A stretch of 64,000 nt of DNA. Source: Candidatus Lustribacter sp. Lineage in GTDB: Bacteria > Vulcanimicrobiota > Vulcanimicrobiia > Vulcanimicrobiales > Vulcanimicrobiaceae. This document shows positions 30,075 to 40,726 of this stretch, piece by piece. The number at the start of each line of letters is the position of its first letter. The stretch's first letter is position 1. The position numbers and the translations under genes are program-made. The stretch lies in the NCBI GenBank assembly GCA_965277805.1, contig OZ255842.1, forward strand, positions 3,648,001 through 3,712,000, read 5' to 3'. The notes under the pieces are model-generated. The model was not told where the DNA came from and did not search any database. It saw nothing but the letters and a program-made list of their open reading frames with translations.

Positions 30075-31763
30075 ATGCAACCTGCCACTCTCTATCTATA
30101 CCTCGCCGGCCTAGCCGTCTTTCCGCTAGTATTACTGGCCGTTAATAGCTCGTGGGTGTTCCCACCTGTCGGGTGGCTCGATCCTTGGATTTATTCCGGA
30201 TACCATATGCACTTCAAAATGATGTGGGACGCTTGGCCACACGAGTATTACGGCTCACGCGCGCCTTGGACCGTGCTTGGCTTTATTGTCCACCGATTTT
30301 TTTCACCGGGCAGGTCGCTCATCATTCTTGCGTTGCTGCTCTTTTATGCTTCGGCCTATTCGCTTTTTTACGCGATTTACGCAGTCTTCAAGAATGCCTC
30401 AGCCGGATTTATTGCGGCATGCTGTCTCGGAACGAACTCGTGGTTTCTGCTCGCAATCGGCTGGAACTATGTAGATGGCCCGTCAATCGCCTGTACGCTG
30501 CTGAGCATTGCTGCGTTGGTCGCAACAGCACACGGAAAATGGTGCCGGACCGGCAGTGCCGTTTGGGGTGTCCTGTCGGCGGTATTAGTCGCGCTCTATC
30601 CGTTCAATCTCATCTTACTACCGGTAGAGCTATTGCTGTTTCTCGGAATCGATCGGCTCGCAAACCGACGCGCCGGCCTAAACATCGCCGCCTTTTGGGT
30701 CGCAGGCTTCGCCGGCGGCATCGTCGCGATCGGATTGGCTAACTGGGCCTTTGGGGGGAAGTTCGATTTCATCAGCGCGACGGTCGGCGCACTGCACCTT
30801 TTGACGCCGGCGGCCACAAACTACATCTACGTCGTTCCTTGGCACACGTGGGTGCGCGAGGCAGCGTGGCTGCTGATCCCATCAATCGCCTTTGTCGCTG
30901 GGATTGCACTGGTCGTCGCCAAACGTGAAACACTCGCACGTCGTTGGCAAGCCCCTAGCTCGGCGGCACGAGACGAAGAAGCTAGCACGCTGGTTCTCTC
31001 AATGGGTTTGATCGTGGCTGCTTGCTGCTTCCTTCTCATGCAGGCGTTGCAGTTCAGCGTTCTTGCGTTGTTCTTCCGCGCTAACGCGCTCTTGCCGTTT
31101 GCCTACCTTGCTTTCGGTGGTTTTGTCGCCGTTGCGCTTTCAGGCAAAACGCGCCGCGCTGCCGTAGCATTCTCCATTGCCGCAGCAGTAATACTCTTCG
31201 CACCGTGGCTGCTGGGATATTTTAAGGTCATAACTCTGCCACTACCTGCCGAGGTGTATCAGAACTTATTAACTGGCGTCGTTCGCGAATCGCTCTGGAC
31301 CCTCGCTGGCTCTGCGCTTCTTTTTTGCACGGTGCTATTTCGCTATCGGGTAATCGCACTATTATTGGTTGTGTTTATGGCAGTACTCAACGTCGCCACG
31401 TTGTCGCCGGGCAGTACAATTCACTTACCGCAGGACATGGCCGACCGCGATCGGACACTGGCGACGTTTGCTGCCTCAAAACTCATCGATCACGAGTTTA
31501 GCCGTATCCCGGCTATCTGGTGGGATCATACTGACCCCGAGGCGCCCACGTTTGCAAGCCTTGCCATAATGTACTTGGATCAGGGGCCGGCAGCAACACT
31601 CGCTCACGGCGACCGCGTCGTATTCATCCGCACATCAGGATTCCAGGACCTACTGGCTGTGTCGCCTTTTTCCGATCATCCTCTCCCGCTAACGGGAGTG
31701 CTCCGGCGCCACGTCCAGCGAGGCGCTACGGCTTTCGACCTGATAATCGGAACCGTCAAATGA
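30075..31763 (+). CDS. Polytopic membrane protein, GT-C-like
   Basis: TM1 followed by WLDPWIYSGY and YYGSR, WNYVDG, many TM helices; paralog of 34967-37180. Confidence 0.55.
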   Translation: MQPATLYLYLAGLAVFPLVLLAVNSSWVFPPVGWLDPWIYSGYHMHFKMMWDAWPHEYYGSRAPWTVLGFIVHRFFSPGRSLIILALLLFYASAYSLFYAIYAVFKNASAGFIAACCLGTNSWFLLAIGWNYVDGPSIACTLLSIAALVATAHGKWCRTGSAVWGVLSAVLVALYPFNLILLPVELLLFLGIDRLANRRAGLNIAAFWVAGFAGGIVAIGLANWAFGGKFDFISATVGALHLLTPAATNYIYVVPWHTWVREAAWLLIPSIAFVAGIALVVAKRETLARRWQAPSSAARDEEASTLVLSMGLIVAACCFLLMQALQFSVLALFFRANALLPFAYLAFGGFVAVALSGKTRRAAVAFSIAAAVILFAPWLLGYFKVITLPLPAEVYQNLLTGVVRESLWTLAGSALLFCTVLFRYRVIALLLVVFMAVLNVATLSPGSTIHLPQDMADRDRTLATFAASKLIDHEFSRIPAIWWDHTDPEAPTFASLAIMYLDQGPAATLAHGDRVVFIRTSGFQDLLAVSPFSDHPLPLTGVLRRHVQRGATAFDLIIGTVK

Positions 31764-31842
31764 TTGCGCGATGGAGGATGGCTAAAGGCACTCCAGGATC
31801 GCCAACGCAGGGGCACAGTCTTACAGATAAAACCTGTCTACA

Positions 31843-33006
31843 ATGAAGATCCTCGTGCTTGGTGGAGATGGCTTCTGCGGCTGGCCCTCGGCACTGCACC
31901 TTTCAGCCCGAGGTCACGATGTCACGATCGTCGATAATCTTTCGCGACGAAAAATCGACGTCGAACTCGAGGTCCAGTCTCTAACCCCGATCGCCCCGCT
32001 GGGGACACGACTCAACACATGGGCCGAGCTCTCAGGTAAGAGCATTCTGTTCCATCAGTTCGATATCGCGGAACATTATCACCGTCTGCTAACGCTGTTC
32101 AATGAATGGAAGCCCGACGCGGTAGTGCATTTCGCCGAACAACGTGCTGCGCCGTATTCGATGAAGTCATCTTTTCATAAGCGTTACACTGTCAATAACA
32201 ATCTCAATGCAACGAACAACGTGCTTGCCGCAGTTGTTGAATCGGGGTTGGACATCCACATCGTCCATCTTGGCACAATGGGCGTGTACGGCTACGGAAC
32301 TGCAGGCATGAAGATACCTGAGGGTTATCTTCGCGTGAAAATCGACAAGCCTGGCGGCGAACCCGTAGATCAAGAGATCCTCTACCCGTCGAATCCCGGA
32401 AGTATCTATCATTTAACTAAAACCCAGGACCAATTGTTTTTTGCATTTTATGCCAAAAACGATAAAGTCCGGATAACTGATCTTCATCAAGGCATCGTCT
32501 GGGGCACGCAAACGAGGGAAACGATGCTAGACGAACGGCTAATCAATCGCTTCGATTACGACGGCGACTACGGTACCGTCTTAAACCGGTTCTTGATGCA
32601 GGCGGCTCTCGATTATCCCTTAACGGTCCACGGCACGGGCGGGCAGTCGCGAGCCTTTATCAATATCCAGGATACCGTGCGTTGCGTTGAGCTAGCGATC
32701 TTGAACGCTCCGAATCGTGGCGACAGAGTCAATATTCTCAATCAGATGACGGAGGTTCATCGGGTGAGAGATTTGGCACAAATGATCTCCGATATGACGA
32801 ACGTACCTATATCGTATTTGAAGAACCCGCGTAATGAAGCGGACGAAAACGACCTTCACGTTGAAAATGCACAACTACGGAATCTAGGCCTGGAACCCAT
32901 CACCCTTCAGTCCGGCCTTATGCGCGAAGTGACAGAGATCGCTCGCAAGTACGCATATCGTTGCGACCAAACGAAAATCCCGTGCACGTCTCTTTGGCGA
33001 GCGTAA
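31843..33006 (+). CDS. sqdB: UDP-sulfoquinovose synthase
   Basis: GGDGFCGWP, HFAEQRAAPYSM, HLGTMGVYG, PGSIYHLTK, TDLHQGIVWG, RFDYDGDYGTVLNRF and NPRNEA motifs. Confidence 0.96.
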   Translation: MKILVLGGDGFCGWPSALHLSARGHDVTIVDNLSRRKIDVELEVQSLTPIAPLGTRLNTWAELSGKSILFHQFDIAEHYHRLLTLFNEWKPDAVVHFAEQRAAPYSMKSSFHKRYTVNNNLNATNNVLAAVVESGLDIHIVHLGTMGVYGYGTAGMKIPEGYLRVKIDKPGGEPVDQEILYPSNPGSIYHLTKTQDQLFFAFYAKNDKVRITDLHQGIVWGTQTRETMLDERLINRFDYDGDYGTVLNRFLMQAALDYPLTVHGTGGQSRAFINIQDTVRCVELAILNAPNRGDRVNILNQMTEVHRVRDLAQMISDMTNVPISYLKNPRNEADENDLHVENAQLRNLGLEPITLQSGLMREVTEIARKYAYRCDQTKIPCTSLWRA

Positions 33007-33085
33007 CTGAGACGACCGGGATTGCCCATGGCGGAGTGAAAAGGACAATATATGGGTCATACGGCTTAAGTCTTGATAGGTAGAG

Positions 33086-34960
33086 TTGAAGCAATTTAGT
33101 ATGCCGCGATTCGCTTGCGCACGCGGCCGCCTCCTCGTTCCAGTACTGCTGATCGCAGTAATACTTAGCATGATGTACATGCATCCTTCGATCCCATTTG
33201 CGAACGATGGTCACTGCGACCCTTGGTACATCTTTGGGTTGTTCTATACGTTCCCGAGTGCACTGCATTGGTGGTCCGGGGCGTATCAAGTCAGTCGGCT
33301 AACGGAAATCTTGCCCGGGTATATCTTTACTCGACTCTTTCCAGGTGTCGGAGCCGATTATGTATTGTTTCTTTTTAATTTGGGCATCTCGGTCGTTGCG
33401 TTCTATGGCGCCGTTCGTCGATTACTAACAATCCAAGTGGCGGTCATGTCCAGTCTGTTTCTGGCGCTCAGCCCGCTTATGCTGGGAAACTATTCCGCGA
33501 CGCTGGATGCGCCGGCCGTTACGTGGGACATCGTTAACCTTTACCTCGTGGCAGCCGCGATGACGTGCCCCGATTCGCGACGACGTTACGCCCTTGTATT
33601 CGCCTCTGGAATTGCTCTTGGACTAGCCCTCAACGCGTACGTAGCAATTGGCATCTTTGCGGCGGGAAACTATGTGATTTACTCTGTCTACGTGCTTGCT
33701 GACGGATCGCAAACGACTCGCAGGCGCGCTTACGCTATCCTGGTATCGCTACTTTTTACGGCGGGCGGTGCGCTGGCAACGATGCTGCTGCTCGGTTTCC
33801 TCGTGCTCGGATTCCATGGCACTTTCGACGAGGCATTCACGCAGTTCAACCTCTTCCTATCGATAATTTTCAACTTCGGCAAATCCGGCAGCGGCGGTGC
33901 GACATATTGGCAATCGAACTGGTATGCGGTGGGCGGAGTAACCGGAATGCTCGCCTTGACCGGCGCTACGTCTATTCTGAATCTTATCCGCTTGCGCACG
34001 GGGGACTTGGAGAAGAACCCCGACTATCGGAAGAAGCTTCTCGCCATTTCCAGCGGCGCACTTTTCGTCGTAGCTGCACTTCTGGTAGCAAATATCGCGG
34101 GATTTGTGCTACTGCAATACGACTACTACTACGTATTTTTCGTTCCCTACCTGGCGCTGGCGATCTTTTCGCCGCTGCTTTTCCTCGGCCCGATCTCCGA
34201 TATACTTCTGACCATCTTAGTGACCATTTTCTGCGCTGCGGGCTTCGTCGCGAATTCACTCCCATTTGCGAAACTGCCGTCAGTATATGGAGGCAGCGCT
34301 CAAAGCCAGGCCTCGATCATGACCGCACTCTTAGTAGCTGCGCTTTTTGCCGCTGTTGCTTTGCACAAGCGAGGACTGGCGCTAGTATTGATTCTGATAC
34401 TGGGCTCGTCGGCAATTTTAGTTGACCGGCCGGTACAAATGGGCACAGAAATGTGGTCCGGAAGCCGCACTGATGAACAGTTAGCAGCCGGCAGCTACGC
34501 TCGCGTACGACAGGGGCTCACCTACTTGCATAGTCTGCGCTTGACGGCCGCTCCATCTGTTTTTTGGTTAGAGCCCGATCCCAGTTTTGGCACGGAACTC
34601 GTCGCCTATCCAAGATCGTACTTGCAATGCGACTTCTGGAGTTTTCCAGCCCATCCAACTAACTCGCCTCCACTCAAGGCGGGGGAAGAGATTGTAGTGG
34701 TGGCCTCGTTAGATCACTTAGAGCAAAGGGCATCAGAGGCTCTTGCAAATCTGAACGCTCGGGATCAACCGATCTCCAAATATGAGATTAATTTTGGTGG
34801 CGTTCAATATGAAATACTGGTGTTGCGCATTACCGGATTCATTCGATCGGTCGGCAACTCGGCAAGCAATGGATTCGCTGAAGTTCCGTTACCGCGCAAG
34901 TTATCGTGCTCTGGCCAGCTATCCGAAGGGCGCGGCGTGCTAGCAAGTCATTATAACTGA
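33086..34960 (+). CDS. Polytopic membrane protein, GT-C-like
   Basis: TM1 followed by HCDPWYIFG and YQVSR (distantly like the 30075/34967 pair), many TM helices. Start uncertain (TTG 33086 or ATG 33101). Confidence 0.5.
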   Translation: MKQFSMPRFACARGRLLVPVLLIAVILSMMYMHPSIPFANDGHCDPWYIFGLFYTFPSALHWWSGAYQVSRLTEILPGYIFTRLFPGVGADYVLFLFNLGISVVAFYGAVRRLLTIQVAVMSSLFLALSPLMLGNYSATLDAPAVTWDIVNLYLVAAAMTCPDSRRRYALVFASGIALGLALNAYVAIGIFAAGNYVIYSVYVLADGSQTTRRRAYAILVSLLFTAGGALATMLLLGFLVLGFHGTFDEAFTQFNLFLSIIFNFGKSGSGGATYWQSNWYAVGGVTGMLALTGATSILNLIRLRTGDLEKNPDYRKKLLAISSGALFVVAALLVANIAGFVLLQYDYYYVFFVPYLALAIFSPLLFLGPISDILLTILVTIFCAAGFVANSLPFAKLPSVYGGSAQSQASIMTALLVAALFAAVALHKRGLALVLILILGSSAILVDRPVQMGTEMWSGSRTDEQLAAGSYARVRQGLTYLHSLRLTAAPSVFWLEPDPSFGTELVAYPRSYLQCDFWSFPAHPTNSPPLKAGEEIVVVASLDHLEQRASEALANLNARDQPISKYEINFGGVQYEILVLRITGFIRSVGNSASNGFAEVPLPRKLSCSGQLSEGRGVLASHYN

Positions 34961-34966
34961 CCGCTC

Positions 34967-37180
34967 ATGACAAACCCAACTATTAGCAGTCGGCTGTACC
35001 ACGCAGTGTGCAAGCTCCCGACGCCTTATGTGATCGGCCTCTTCGTTTTCCCATTGCTTCTTTTAATTATTAATGACTCTTGGGTATTTCCGCCGACGAG
35101 TTGGATCGATGCGTGGATTTACTCTGGGTACCACATGCACATCGCAAGATTACTACAGGATATACCGTCTGCCTATTATGGTTCTCGTGTACCTTGGACC
35201 GTTTTAGGCTGGGCCGTCCACCGAGTTGCCTCTCCAGAGGCGTCCCTGTTTGTTCTTGCTATGCTGATTGTTTACGCGTCAGCGTTTTCTTTGTTTTATT
35301 TAGTTTACACACTCTTCAACAATGCCGCTGCAGCTTTCATTTCCGCATGCCTTCTCGGGACGAATTCTTTTTTTCTTTTTGCAGCCGGTTGGAACTATGT
35401 CGATGGACCGTTAATTGCGTGTATCTCGCTTAGTTTGGCGACGTTGGTTGAGACCGCACGTGGGCGTTATTGGCGTATAGCAGCCGTTCTTTGGGGCGTA
35501 GTGACGGCGACAATGCTCGCGATCTACCTCATGAATGCAGTTTTGATTCCGATCGAAATTCTGCTTTTCATAGTACTTGATCGCATGGGTTCGCGTCGAT
35601 CACCGCGATCGATCGCTTTGCTATGGGTCGCAGGAGCTTTTGCGGCCGTGGTCGCGATGGGATTAGCAAATCGCATCGTCGGTGGGAGCTTTGATTTTTT
35701 TGGACCGACGCTGGCGGTCTTGGGTGCTCTAACGCCGGCGGGGACAAAAGACGTCTATTACGCGCCATGGCATGGGTGGTTACCCATCGCTTCCTGGATG
35801 ATTCTCCCAGGCATAATCGCAATCGCGAGCGTAGTTTTTTTCGTAGGCCGAGCCAAAGTCATTTTTCACAATTGGCGGCGGAAGGATACCAGCCCGGCGT
35901 GGAGCGCGGAAGCAAGCCTCCTGGTTTTCGCGACGGCTTATGTTCTAACCATATGTGGATTGGGCGTTATGCAGGTTTTCCACTGGGACATGCTATCGCT
36001 ATTTTTTCGAGCGAATACTCTCTGGCCGTTTGCCTTTGTCGTCCTAGGCGGTTTCCTCTCACTTCCACTAACGAATGCCTCAGCTCGCTTGCAGCTTGGT
36101 TTAGCCTCTGCTGCGGCGATCATTTGTATAGCGCCGTGGCTGTTGGGCGCTTTCGGCGCTATCCGTGCACCCTTTGCGTTCTGGCCGCCGGTCCACTCTC
36201 CGACTCAAATAATGATACGTCCCTCCCTTATTCTTTATGGGGAACGTTCTGAGGCCGTTTGGATTCTTACCGGAGCCGCGCTGCTAGTTGGAATGTGGTT
36301 ACTACCTCTTCGCAGCTTGTTGCTTCTTCCGGTTACTTTTTTTTCCATACTTAGTATTGCGTCGATTTCAACCGACACCGGAATACGTCTGCCCGAGGAT
36401 GCCGCAGTCAGCGATCGCTCATTGGCAGCTTTCGATGCGGCCGGCATTATCGACAGCAGTGTAACGAATCGCTTCGTTCTCTGGTGGTATCCGGGCGAGC
36501 AGGATCAGGACATTTTCTTGAGCCTTGGTTCCATGTACTTGCAGCCAACCCCGGTTCAGTTCGCACCTGGAGATCGCGTTATTTTTCTTGGTTCCAGCGA
36601 ATTGCCGCCCAAGAGAGTCGAGCCGTTACTGGCTCGCAATCATCTGATACTGGAGGCACCAGTCATCAAGCGCGTTCAGCGGGGTACCGTTGCTTTCGGT
36701 CTAGATATTGCGCAGGTTGGTCTCGATCCACAGTTTTTCGGGAGAACGGAATTACCGATTACCGGGCTCATCGCTCCAGCTACGTCGGTACCGTCGCCCA
36801 CTTCTTCAAACGCAGGTGTCAACATCATGACACCAGCACAAGCGTGGGCTTATGGTGCCGTACTTGGGATTCCGCAAGAGATTAAGCGCGCTCATCCATC
36901 ACGCGTTTTCATGCGCGTGCGCCTCCGCGTCGTTAGCGGCGACATGGGGGTCGGCGTGACGACGAAGGACGGCACCGCCTGGGTGGATCGGAAGTTCGTC
37001 CACAGTTCGTCCATGGAGCGTGAAGTCTACCTAACTATTCCAGCGTTAGAGAATGCGGGTGATCTCGTCTTTTGCAGTAATGGCGCAAACGTCGCGAGCA
37101 CAGCGAATGTTCGTTCTATCAGCATCCTTTACGAAAAAGCAACCGCAAGCCCGAAGATCCGACTATTAGTGCACCCGTGA
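34967..37180 (+). CDS. Polytopic membrane protein, GT-C-like, with a C-terminal beta domain
   Basis: SWVFPPTSWIDAWIYSGYHMH, YYGSRVPW and WNYVDGP shared with 30075-31763; extra soluble C-terminus. Confidence 0.55.
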   Translation: MTNPTISSRLYHAVCKLPTPYVIGLFVFPLLLLIINDSWVFPPTSWIDAWIYSGYHMHIARLLQDIPSAYYGSRVPWTVLGWAVHRVASPEASLFVLAMLIVYASAFSLFYLVYTLFNNAAAAFISACLLGTNSFFLFAAGWNYVDGPLIACISLSLATLVETARGRYWRIAAVLWGVVTATMLAIYLMNAVLIPIEILLFIVLDRMGSRRSPRSIALLWVAGAFAAVVAMGLANRIVGGSFDFFGPTLAVLGALTPAGTKDVYYAPWHGWLPIASWMILPGIIAIASVVFFVGRAKVIFHNWRRKDTSPAWSAEASLLVFATAYVLTICGLGVMQVFHWDMLSLFFRANTLWPFAFVVLGGFLSLPLTNASARLQLGLASAAAIICIAPWLLGAFGAIRAPFAFWPPVHSPTQIMIRPSLILYGERSEAVWILTGAALLVGMWLLPLRSLLLLPVTFFSILSIASISTDTGIRLPEDAAVSDRSLAAFDAAGIIDSSVTNRFVLWWYPGEQDQDIFLSLGSMYLQPTPVQFAPGDRVIFLGSSELPPKRVEPLLARNHLILEAPVIKRVQRGTVAFGLDIAQVGLDPQFFGRTELPITGLIAPATSVPSPTSSNAGVNIMTPAQAWAYGAVLGIPQEIKRAHPSRVFMRVRLRVVSGDMGVGVTTKDGTAWVDRKFVHSSSMEREVYLTIPALENAGDLVFCSNGANVASTANVRSISILYEKATASPKIRLLVHP

Positions 37181-38733
37181 GGACTTCGTGGGAATGGTAT
37201 GACACGCTAGACGTACCTCTGGTTTGTCTTGCAACGCTACTTTTTGTGATTCCACTCTTTATCGCACCACTCACCTTTCCCACGTATTACGATGACGAGA
37301 GTTGGACATATCTCCCAGTTTTCGAAGCATTGCGAGGGAACGGCTTTTCCTTTGCAGCGCTAGGCGCGAACCATGTGCTCTTTATTGTATCGGACGTTCT
37401 TCTCTGGCCAATCGCGAGACTCTCAGTTTTCTCGCCTGAGATAACCGTCCGCCTTTCCGGGACGTTAGTCGGGACCGCGCTTATTCTTGCGGTCTGGCAA
37501 CTAGGGAAGCGTCTGGTCCGGGGCACGGCATTCGTCGCACCAGCGCTCCTCGTTATGGTTCCACTGGCATTTACGACATACCGCTACGGGAGGATCGACG
37601 CGCTTGCACTCGCGCTGGGGGTATGGGCAGCGGTGCTAGCGGTCGACCGTAAACCAGTTTCCGGCGCGCTAGTCTCCCTCGCAGTCTGCGTGCACCCTAT
37701 GATGATTTGGTGCATCCCGTTCTGCGTCTTCATGATGTCGCGCGACCGCAACATACGCCCGATCCTTATGTTCGCTGCATTCGGAATTTTGGCGTTACTG
37801 CCGCAAATCATCTGGTTTATCGCATACCGCGATGAGTTGCTCGTCTTCGCTCACAAATTTGTTGTGTCGAGCAGTATTGCGCCCGGACGCAGCTTCGCGA
37901 CACAAATTGTCCCATTAGTAGCCGGCGAGTGGATGCAGCTTTCCGATTACGTCGGCCAGCTCTCTTCCGGTGACAAGGTGCTGGAGTCAATCTTGATCGC
38001 CGCGCCAATGTTGTTATCCGTTTACCGTAACCGGTTGCTATGCACGCTGCTGGTCATACCGGTATTGCTATGTCTCACTTTTCTGTTCAGACTGAAGAAT
38101 CCATATTATCTGATCTTTCTCGTTCCGGTCGTGGTGATCGTTGCAGCGCATGGAATTTCCCTCTTGCCGAGACGGTTCGCTGTCGTGGCGACTGTGGTAG
38201 CGCTAACAGCCACGTTAATTCATTTGATGGGCGGATTGACCCAGGCAGAAAGTGCCGCGGGTATTGTTTCCTTCAAGGAAGCCATAGAACCGGACTTGCC
38301 CAAGCAAGCTATCGTTTTTGGCCCTGCTATCTTGGGCGGTATCATACGCGATCGACCCGATCTCCAGTTCTTCACTTATCACGCACTATCCGATCGATCT
38401 GGCTGGGGCTACCCATCGACGTGTGCGCAACTCGACGCTCGTTTCAGAGAGAGAATCGCGGACGACCCTCGGCCCACATCGCGCCGGACCGGCGCCGCGT
38501 CCAATACGGTATTCCTAGCCGGGGCTTCGCCATTCGACATCGTCGGCTATCTCAAGCTCATCTGGCCGAATCTTTCGCTCGAAGAGGCCAACTGTATTCT
38601 TCATTCTCCAGGAGAAACAATTGAGCGGATACCGCTCAGATGCGCAGATGGGAAGATCTGCGGCACAGCAACCCTCGCCACAAGGCCACTAGTAAAGCCG
38701 GCGACGAAGACCAGCTTACCGTATTCGCAATGA
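37177..38733 (+). CDS. ArnT/PMT-like GT-C glycosyltransferase
   Basis: YYDDESW acidic motif after TM1, VRLS, YGRID, HP and KNPYY patterns; multiple TM helices. Confidence 0.65.
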   Translation: MRTSWEWYDTLDVPLVCLATLLFVIPLFIAPLTFPTYYDDESWTYLPVFEALRGNGFSFAALGANHVLFIVSDVLLWPIARLSVFSPEITVRLSGTLVGTALILAVWQLGKRLVRGTAFVAPALLVMVPLAFTTYRYGRIDALALALGVWAAVLAVDRKPVSGALVSLAVCVHPMMIWCIPFCVFMMSRDRNIRPILMFAAFGILALLPQIIWFIAYRDELLVFAHKFVVSSSIAPGRSFATQIVPLVAGEWMQLSDYVGQLSSGDKVLESILIAAPMLLSVYRNRLLCTLLVIPVLLCLTFLFRLKNPYYLIFLVPVVVIVAAHGISLLPRRFAVVATVVALTATLIHLMGGLTQAESAAGIVSFKEAIEPDLPKQAIVFGPAILGGIIRDRPDLQFFTYHALSDRSGWGYPSTCAQLDARFRERIADDPRPTSRRTGAASNTVFLAGASPFDIVGYLKLIWPNLSLEEANCILHSPGETIERIPLRCADGKICGTATLATRPLVKPATKTSLPYSQ

Positions 38734-38751
38734 GGGGATGCCAGGCGAGGA

Positions 38752-39588
38752 ATGAGGAGTTTCGAAGCTGTACCGATCGATGCCGTTCGTGAGTTTTGGG
38801 ATGGGCGCCCGTGTAATATTCGGCATTCGCCAAAACCGGTCGGAACGCGCGAATATTTCGACGAAGTCGAGGCGCGCAAATATTTCGTCGAGCCGCACAT
38901 CCTTCGATTTGCGGACTTTCCTCACTGGAAGGGGAAGCGCGTCCTAGAAATCGGCTGTGGGATCGGAACCGCGACCATCGGCTTTCTGCGTGAAGGAGCG
39001 ACCGTAACGGCGGTCGACCTTTCTAAGGAGTCCCTCGAACTTGCGCGCCGCCGAGCAGATCTATATGGGTTTTCGGATCGAGTGGCTTTTGCTGAAGCCG
39101 ATGCTGAACGGCTTAGCGACTCGATTGCTGCCTTACCCTACGACCTCGTGTACTCGTTCGGTGTCTTGCACCATACGCCGCACCCCGAACGAGCCATTGA
39201 CCAGATACGCTCGTTCGTGAAGCCCGGCAGCACCGTGAAACTCATGATGTACTACACGTTTTCGTGGAAAGTCATTTGGGCAGTGCTGCGGTATGGGCGC
39301 GGCCGGCTCTGGGACTGGCGCCGCATAATTGCAACCTACTCCGAGGCACAAACGGGATGCCCGGTAACCTACACCTATACGAAGAGCGAACTGTCGCAAA
39401 TCCTCGAGAAGCGCGGCTACCGCGTGACCGAAGTCTTTGTCGATCACATCTTCCCGTACAGTATTCCGGAGTATGTTCAATATCGGTACAAGCGAGTGTG
39501 GTATTTCCGCTGGATGCCGACTCCGCTGTTCCGCTGGTTCGAACGGAACTTCGGCTGGCATCTTTGCATCACGGCCGTCGCCGAGTAA
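38752..39588 (+). CDS. Class I SAM-dependent methyltransferase
   Basis: VLEIGCGIG, VDLS, VYSFGVLHHTP and VKPG motifs. Confidence 0.9.
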   Translation: MRSFEAVPIDAVREFWDGRPCNIRHSPKPVGTREYFDEVEARKYFVEPHILRFADFPHWKGKRVLEIGCGIGTATIGFLREGATVTAVDLSKESLELARRRADLYGFSDRVAFAEADAERLSDSIAALPYDLVYSFGVLHHTPHPERAIDQIRSFVKPGSTVKLMMYYTFSWKVIWAVLRYGRGRLWDWRRIIATYSEAQTGCPVTYTYTKSELSQILEKRGYRVTEVFVDHIFPYSIPEYVQYRYKRVWYFRWMPTPLFRWFERNFGWHLCITAVAE

Positions 39589-39596
39589 TTCGCGAA

Positions 39597-40610
39597 CTAT
39601 CTGTTCGCGATCTCCGGTATCCGGCTGCCTGCGACCATCTGGTCGTAGATCCAGCGGTACGTCTTCTCTAATCCCGTTGCGAGCGAAATCGACGGCTCCC
39701 AACCGAACTGCTTCTTAATAAGCGTATTGTCCGAACTGCGGCCGCGCACGCCCTTCGGTGCATCGAGATCGTAGCTGCGCTTGACCTTAATGCCGGCGAT
39801 CTTTTCGATGATGTCGACCATCTGATTGATGGTGACGAGTTCCGCTGAGCCGATGTTGATCGGTTCCGCAAAGTCGCTCGCGGTCAGCATGAGCGTGCCT
39901 TTTACGCAATCGTCGATGTACATGAACGTGCGCGTCTGCTCGCCGTCGCCCCAAATCTCGATCTCGTGTTTGCCCGACAACTTCGCGGCAGCGATTTTGC
40001 GGCAGGTTGCTGCCGGCGCTTTCTCACGTCCGCCTTCCCATGTGCCGAAGGGCCCGTAGACGTTATGGTAGCGCGCGACGCGCGTCTGAACGCCGAAGTC
40101 TTCGAGGAAATGCCGGCACATGCGTTCGGAGAAGAGCTTCTCCCAGCCGTAGCCGTCCTCGGGCATCGCCGGATACGCGTCTTCTTCCTTTAGCGGCGTC
40201 ACATCCGCTTCGCGCTGCTTGTCTACGTTATACACGCACGCCGATGATGCATAGAAGTACCGTTCGACGCCGGCTTCGCGTGCGGCGCATAGCAAATTCG
40301 TGTTGATCAAAACCGAGATCATACACTTCGCGCGATGGGCTTCAATAAAGCCCATACCGCCCATATCGGCCGCGAGGCAAATGACATAATCCATCCCGCG
40401 CACCGCGCGGCGGCATTCGTCCGGGTTGCTCAAATCGAGAATCAGGTTATCGGCATCGGCATGCACCTGATACCACTCTTCGCGCGGCTTGATGTCGACG
40501 CAGCGCACGTGTGAGAAGCCTCGATCGAGGGCTTCCTTCACCATCCAGCCACCAATAAAGCCACCGCCACCAGCGATCAGGATCGAGCGGCGGGTATCGA
40601 GTTCAACCAT
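39597..40610 (-). CDS. GDP-mannose 3,5-epimerase-like NAD-dependent epimerase
   Basis: GGGGFIG, LAADMGGMGFI, YASSACVY, YGWEK, GGREKAPAA.CRK, WGDGEQTR and GVRGR.SDN, characteristic of the GME family. Confidence 0.85.
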   Translation of the reverse strand: MVELDTRRSILIAGGGGFIGGWMVKEALDRGFSHVRCVDIKPREEWYQVHADADNLILDLSNPDECRRAVRGMDYVICLAADMGGMGFIEAHRAKCMISVLINTNLLCAAREAGVERYFYASSACVYNVDKQREADVTPLKEEDAYPAMPEDGYGWEKLFSERMCRHFLEDFGVQTRVARYHNVYGPFGTWEGGREKAPAATCRKIAAAKLSGKHEIEIWGDGEQTRTFMYIDDCVKGTLMLTASDFAEPINIGSAELVTINQMVDIIEKIAGIKVKRSYDLDAPKGVRGRSSDNTLIKKQFGWEPSISLATGLEKTYRWIYDQMVAGSRIPEIANR

Positions 40611-40726
40611 GGGGTGGCCTCCGGCAGAGCATGGCTTCAGAAATTAGCGGACGTGTCAGCTCCTCTCCTGTTGCCGAGCAGCGGCCATCCAGGCAAAGGC
40701 CTCCGGGCGGCCGAAAATGCGGCACA

